Shown here: positions 59,816-64,000 of the stretch, piece after piece
Numbering within the stretch: position 1 is the stretch's first letter
Layout: each line of letters starts with the position of its first letter
NCBI GenBank assembly: GCA_027078545.1
Contig: JALWXN010000004.1
Span: forward strand, 1 to 64,000
Source: Nitrososphaeria archaeon
GTDB lineage: Archaea; Thermoproteota; Nitrososphaeria; Geothermarchaeales; JDFR-13
Direction: 5' to 3'
Length of the DNA: 64,000 bases
Translations under genes and position numbers: made by a program
The notes under the pieces: model-generated
Told to the model about the DNA's origin: nothing
What the model saw: only the letters and a program-made list of their open reading frames with translations
The model's database searches: none

Positions 59816-60456
59816 GGAGAACCCCCAAATACATACTCCTAGAGACACTAGACACCCTAAGACGGATAAACCCCTGGAGGATAAACTTGACGGAGGAGAT
59901 AGAGAAGATACGCAGACTCCTGGAGGAAAGGCTAAACCTAGTAATAGCCGGCATAGCGGCCGACAACGCCTCATACATCTACTCCAGGAAGGTAGACGAG
60001 ATAGAGAAGATAGTAAAGACACCACTCAAACCCCTAACCATCAGGGAAGAGAGACTAATAGAGCCTACAGACCTCCCACCAGTACAGATCAACTACCCAC
60101 CACAGAAATACATGATAGACATATCCGACCTACTAGACAAACTAGAGGAGATACTGGAGAAAGAGGTGGCCAAGAAGATAAGCGAGACAGACCTCGAGAT
60201 AAGCTCCGAGGAGATCCTCAGATACACGGAGGAGGAGATAAGGAGGGCCGAGGACTTCATACTAAACATCCTACTAGACACAGGAGAAACCCTATTCACA
60301 ACACTCATAAGAGAAGCCCTTAAAAGCGGGAGGATATCCCCATTATACATACTCTACGCAATACTATTCATGGCCCAGGAGGAGATAATAACACTAGAAC
60401 CAATACTGGGGGAGGGAGATACCTGTGACGACATCCTCATCAGAAAAGAAGCCTGA
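59812..60456 (+). CDS. scpA: Kleisin ScpA
   Basis: INPWRINL; C-terminal AILFMAQEEIITL; coupled to smc. Confidence 0.8.
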   Translation: MRRTPKYILLETLDTLRRINPWRINLTEEIEKIRRLLEERLNLVIAGIAADNASYIYSRKVDEIEKIVKTPLKPLTIREERLIEPTDLPPVQINYPPQKYMIDISDLLDKLEEILEKEVAKKISETDLEISSEEILRYTEEEIRRAEDFILNILLDTGETLFTTLIREALKSGRISPLYILYAILFMAQEEIITLEPILGEGDTCDDILIRKEA

Positions 60457-60910
60457 TACAGGCCTAATAGAAGCCATACTATTCGCCTCACCAAGACCAG
60501 TATCAGAAGACAGACTAGCATCAATCCTAGAAATCCCGAAGAAAGAGGTTAGGAAGGTGATGGAGGACTTCATCAAGAAATTCAACAGGAAACACGAGGG
60601 GATAAAAATTGTGAGGAATAGGAGGCACTACTACATAACCATAGAGGACAAATACCTAGACATAGTCTCCCGAATAATGGAGCCCCCACCACTAAACCAG
60701 AGACAGAAACTAGTAATAGCACTCCTCTACAAGAGGAAGGAGGCCCTACTAAGAGAACTAAGAGAGATGTTCGGGCCGAACATATATAGAGACGTGAAGA
60801 AACTAAGGAGATGGGGTTTCATATCCATACAGAGTAGGGACGGCAAGAAAAAGGTTGTACTAAGGCCAGAGGCAGAGGCCTACATAATACGCAGAAGAGG
60901 AAGATCCTAG
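60425..60910 (+). CDS. scpB: Kite protein ScpB
   Basis: IEAILFASPRPVS; tandem wHTH; follows scpA. Confidence 0.85.
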   Translation: MTTSSSEKKPDTGLIEAILFASPRPVSEDRLASILEIPKKEVRKVMEDFIKKFNRKHEGIKIVRNRRHYYITIEDKYLDIVSRIMEPPPLNQRQKLVIALLYKRKEALLRELREMFGPNIYRDVKKLRRWGFISIQSRDGKKKVVLRPEAEAYIIRRRGRS

Positions 60911-60977
60911 CAGACCCAGCCAGCAAGGTTTTTATTACCATCCCCATAGGAAAAATTTTTAGACCCGGTGACTGGGA

Positions 60978-61370
60978 ATGGCCATAACACACTGGGACCT
61001 CCACAAGAGGAAGAAGACGGGAGCCAAGAGAAGGATATGGAGGAAAAAGAGGAAATATGAGCTAGGCCGCTTCCCAGCAGAGACAGTACTACACGAGGAG
61101 AGGCGGATAAGGATAATACGTACAAAGGGAGGAGGCATAAAGGTAAGGCTCCTCAGAGACCGATACGTCAACCTATACATACCCTCCCAGAACAAGACCG
61201 AGAAAACAGAGATACTCAGCGTGTTAGAGAACCCAGCCAACAGGGAGTATAGTAGGAGAGGCGTGATAACAAAGGGAGCCATAATAGAGACTAAATATGG
61301 AAAGGCAGTGGTAACATCCAGACCCGGCCAAGACGGGGTAATAAACGCTAGACTCATAGAAGAAGCATGA
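60978..61370 (+). CDS. rps8e: 30S ribosomal protein S8e
   Basis: RKKRKYELGR; ENPAN; ITKGAII; TSRPGQDG. Confidence 0.97.
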   Translation: MAITHWDLHKRKKTGAKRRIWRKKRKYELGRFPAETVLHEERRIRIIRTKGGGIKVRLLRDRYVNLYIPSQNKTEKTEILSVLENPANREYSRRGVITKGAIIETKYGKAVVTSRPGQDGVINARLIEEA

Positions 61371-61660
61371 GGATCAAAGACGCATACATCATCTGGCTCA
61401 ACTACATAGACAGAAAACTAACAAAGAAGGAGGGTAGAAAACTCCCCAAGAACCAAGCCGTAAAATCACCATCACTAGAGGAACTGGCCAGAGCTGCCCT
61501 AAAAGCAGGTTATAGAGTGAGAGAGAAGAGGAGGGCGAGATACCCATCCTCATGGTGGATAGAGAGCGGATACATAGTGATAGACAAACCCAAAGACGAG
61601 AACAAACTCACAACCATTAAGAAAATAGCCAAGGAGATAAGGAGGGAGAGAGGTGGATGA
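61367..61660 (+). CDS. srp19: Signal recognition particle protein SRP19
   Basis: IIWLNYID...EGRKLPK..AV; YPSSWW. Confidence 0.92.
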   Translation: MRIKDAYIIWLNYIDRKLTKKEGRKLPKNQAVKSPSLEELARAALKAGYRVREKRRARYPSSWWIESGYIVIDKPKDENKLTTIKKIAKEIRRERGG

Positions 61661-61893
61661 AGAGGATAGGCAGGATACTCCACTACACTAAATACGGCGT
61701 CTTCGTAGTGGAGGCGGAGAAAGCCATAAGCCAAAACAACACCATCTACGACGACAGGAAAAGGAAGATAGGCATAGTAGTCGATGTGATCGGCCCTATA
61801 AATAAACCGTACCTAGTCCTGAAACCACTAGTAGACAAACCCGAGAAATATGTCGGGAAAGAGGTCTATATTATAACTAGGAGGAGACGATGA
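61657..61893 (+). CDS. gar1: H/ACA RNP protein Gar1
   Basis: IGIVVDVIGPINKPY. Confidence 0.92.
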   Translation: MKRIGRILHYTKYGVFVVEAEKAISQNNTIYDDRKRKIGIVVDVIGPINKPYLVLKPLVDKPEKYVGKEVYIITRRRR

Positions 61894-62693
61894 TAAAGAC
61901 TCCTGAGGCCTGCCCAGTATGTGGAGGAACAGAATTCATAAAAACACCTGAGGCAGGCGAGATATGCAGAACCTGTGGATACGAAGTAGAGAGAAAGACC
62001 CAAATAAGCTACAAACCACCCTACAAGAGGACGGAGGACAACGCATATATAAAGGGACCAACACTGGAGAGCCCCAAGAAGTACTATGAAAACCTCATCC
62101 AACAGGTATACGACTTGATACAGAAATACGGAGACTTGATAGGCGTCCCCCCACAAGACGTTACGGTGGCCAAGAAGATAAGCGAACTAGCGATTAGAAG
62201 GGGGAGATGGAACAAGAACTACCTAGCACTAACCTCCCTCTACATAGCGAACCGCCACAACTCGATAATAGAGATACCCCTCAGGAAGTACATAGAGACC
62301 TTCGACTGGGTAGAGAAAAAGAAGTTGAGAAGAACCATAAGGAGACTAGTGAAGACACTAAGAGTAAACCTCAACTACCGACTAGACGAGAGGGAGATAT
62401 ACACCAAGTTCTACAAGGAATATGGATGGGACGACAGGGCAATACACATCATAAAAGAACTGGAGAAGGTTGTGAAGAAGAACGCTATAGCTAGAAACAA
62501 ATCCCCAAAAACACTCCACGCAGCAATAGCCTACATAGCATATAAAATAGTCTACACCGACAATGGAGAAGAATCCAGGAGACATAGGGTGACCCTGAAG
62601 AGATCAGCAGAGATATCAGGCGTCTCAGAATCAACCATCAGAGAAGCCGTGAGAGAAATACTTAGAAAGACCGTGATAACAGTATACCTATAA
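61890..62693 (+). CDS. tfb: Divergent transcription factor B (TFB) homolog
   Basis: CPVCG...CRTCG Zn ribbon; two cyclin folds; GVSESTIR HTH; follows gar1. Confidence 0.8.
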   Translation: MIKTPEACPVCGGTEFIKTPEAGEICRTCGYEVERKTQISYKPPYKRTEDNAYIKGPTLESPKKYYENLIQQVYDLIQKYGDLIGVPPQDVTVAKKISELAIRRGRWNKNYLALTSLYIANRHNSIIEIPLRKYIETFDWVEKKKLRRTIRRLVKTLRVNLNYRLDEREIYTKFYKEYGWDDRAIHIIKELEKVVKKNAIARNKSPKTLHAAIAYIAYKIVYTDNGEESRRHRVTLKRSAEISGVSESTIREAVREILRKTVITVYL

Positions 62694-62778
62694 ACCGATA
62701 ATTTATTAACGCCAACAACCCAATATTTTACAGAGGATTATCAAACAACACTACTTAACCCATGGGGGAGAGGCAAAT

Positions 62779-62991
62779 TTGTCTGAAAACAACCAGTCGG
62801 AAACACCTCGAATAATTAGGAGACCCAACCCAGAGGCCAGGGTCAGGGCCATAGACTTCATAGACGGCCTCTACTGCATAATATGCTCCTACAAATCCGA
62901 GTGCTCATCCCGATACCCCAAACACCTCATAAAATGTAGATACCTCGAGGAATGGGCCCTAAGCAGGTATAGAGCCGCTGTAAAGAAATAA
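62779..62991 (+). CDS. Small Cys-rich hypothetical protein
   Basis: CIICSYKSEC...C in a 70-aa ORF with a TTG start. Confidence 0.5.
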   Translation: MSENNQSETPRIIRRPNPEARVRAIDFIDGLYCIICSYKSECSSRYPKHLIKCRYLEEWALSRYRAAVKK

Positions 62992-63013
62992 TTATCCATG
63001 AGGAACAGCAGAA

Positions 63014-63664
63014 TTGGTGGCTATGAGAAGGAAGAGAGATGCATATACAGAGATAGCTAAGAGAGAAGGCCTCAGGAGTAGGGCATACTTCAAACTAAAA
63101 GACATCGATGAACGCTACGGGATTTTCAGGCCGGGCGACATCGTAATAGACATAGGGGCTGCACCAGGGGGATGGATAAAATACTCACTATCCAAGATAG
63201 GCTTCGACGGAAGAGTAATAGGGATAGACCAGCGGGAGATAGAGCCCTTCGAAGAGCCAAACGTAGTCACCATAAAGGCCGACATATTGAAGGAAGGGAT
63301 CTTCAAATCAATAGAGGAGCAGCTAGGTGGGGAGAAGGCCGACGTAATAATAAGCGACGCCTCGCCGAATATATCGGGAGTTTATGAGGTCGATACTGAG
63401 AAGATATACGACCTAAACAAACGCGTGATAGAGATAGCCGACAGATTCCTCAGGCCTGGGGGGACACTGATACTAAAGACATTCCAAGGAAGACATGAGA
63501 GGCGCTTAGTAAACGCACTAAAGAAGAGGTTTAGGAGGATAAGCACGTACAAATCCAAGGTGTCGAGGAAGAGGAGCTCGGAGATATACTACATATGTAT
63601 GGGCTTCGTCAGACCAAGGAGGAGATCTGGTCAACGAGGAAAGAGAGAGGAGCGTCAGTCCTGA
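63014..63664 (+). CDS. rlmE: 23S rRNA Um2552 2'-O-methyltransferase (RlmE/FtsJ)
   Basis: RSRAYFKL; DIGAAPGGW; SDASPN; SSEIY. Confidence 0.95.
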   Translation: MVAMRRKRDAYTEIAKREGLRSRAYFKLKDIDERYGIFRPGDIVIDIGAAPGGWIKYSLSKIGFDGRVIGIDQREIEPFEEPNVVTIKADILKEGIFKSIEEQLGGEKADVIISDASPNISGVYEVDTEKIYDLNKRVIEIADRFLRPGGTLILKTFQGRHERRLVNALKKRFRRISTYKSKVSRKRSSEIYYICMGFVRPRRRSGQRGKREERQS

Positions 63665-64000
63665 AGCCGTCGGGATAGATATGTGTCCTTGAAAACCTAT
63701 AGCCAGAGGACGTAATAGCATCCCTAAGCCTAGACATACTCGGCATAGGCTCTCCAATCTCTTTACACAGCTTTGATAAACGGTATAGCCCAATAATCGA
63801 TGTATCCTCTTCACCAAGCCTGCTAAGAAATCTCTGGATCTCCCTACCAAGATATCGCCACCTATCGTCCTGAGCCTCTTCAACAATCCTGCCCACCAGA
63901 CCAGCATCGATATACGGCCCTATCCAGAGGGGGCCCACCACCCTCCCATCCGGTAGGCCCTCCCTCCCAGCATCACTAAGTGAGACCGCTTTCCAGCCCA
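63609..64000 (-). CDS. trm1: tRNA (guanine26-N2)-dimethyltransferase Trm1, C-terminal part (runs off the window)
   Basis: GPLWIGP; GYRFSRTH; GFRTDAP. Confidence 0.85.
   Translation of the reverse strand, partial: GWKAVSLSDAGREGLPDGRVVGPLWIGPYIDAGLVGRIVEEAQDDRWRYLGREIQRFLSRLGEEDTSIIGLYRLSKLCKEIGEPMPSMSRLRDAITSSGYRFSRTHIYPDGFRTDAPLSFLVDQISSLV

Noticed and set aside
55856-60910. Wadjet (JetABCD)-type defence system
   Set aside because: Gene order, sizes and motifs fit housekeeping Smc-ScpA-ScpB; no JetD TOPRIM nuclease is adjacent.
1-64000. CRISPR arrays, IS elements, inteins, rRNA
   Set aside because: No spaced direct repeats, transposase motifs or rRNA-like segments; atpA, polB1 and top6 lengths leave no room for inteins.

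Overview
A gene-dense core-genome segment of a thermophile-like TACK-superphylum archaeon. The lineage call is inferred from PolB1, rpS30e, TIP49, an EndA with a crenarchaeal-type specificity loop, GatDE and Nop5/fibrillarin. SMC-ScpA-ScpB points away from Sulfolobales/Thermoproteales and towards a Nitrososphaeria-related, Geotherm-/Aig-, Bathy- or Korarchaeota-like lineage. Contents: topoisomerase VI, three intron-containing tRNAs (Asn-GTT, Glu-TTC, Gly-TCC), many tRNA/rRNA modification and aminoacylation genes, a complete but interrupted A/V-type ATP synthase cluster, PolB1, a condensin operon and the rps8e-srp19-gar1-tfb cluster. No CRISPR array, transposase, integrase or rRNA was seen. The strongest candidate for an undescribed system is a stand-alone NurA-HerA pair (no mre11/rad50 nearby). 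It shares a palindromic bidirectional promoter with a cluster of three paralogous winged-helix proteins that carry a common small N-terminal module. Other points of interest: a tRNA-Asn intron made of two tandem 13-nt units, a P-loop kinase/N-glycosidase fusion, several apparently degenerate enzymes, a low-GC patch inside atpI, a shared atpI/atpK leader motif and repeated CTAG stop-codon overlaps. All calls are from motif recognition by eye; no database searches were run.
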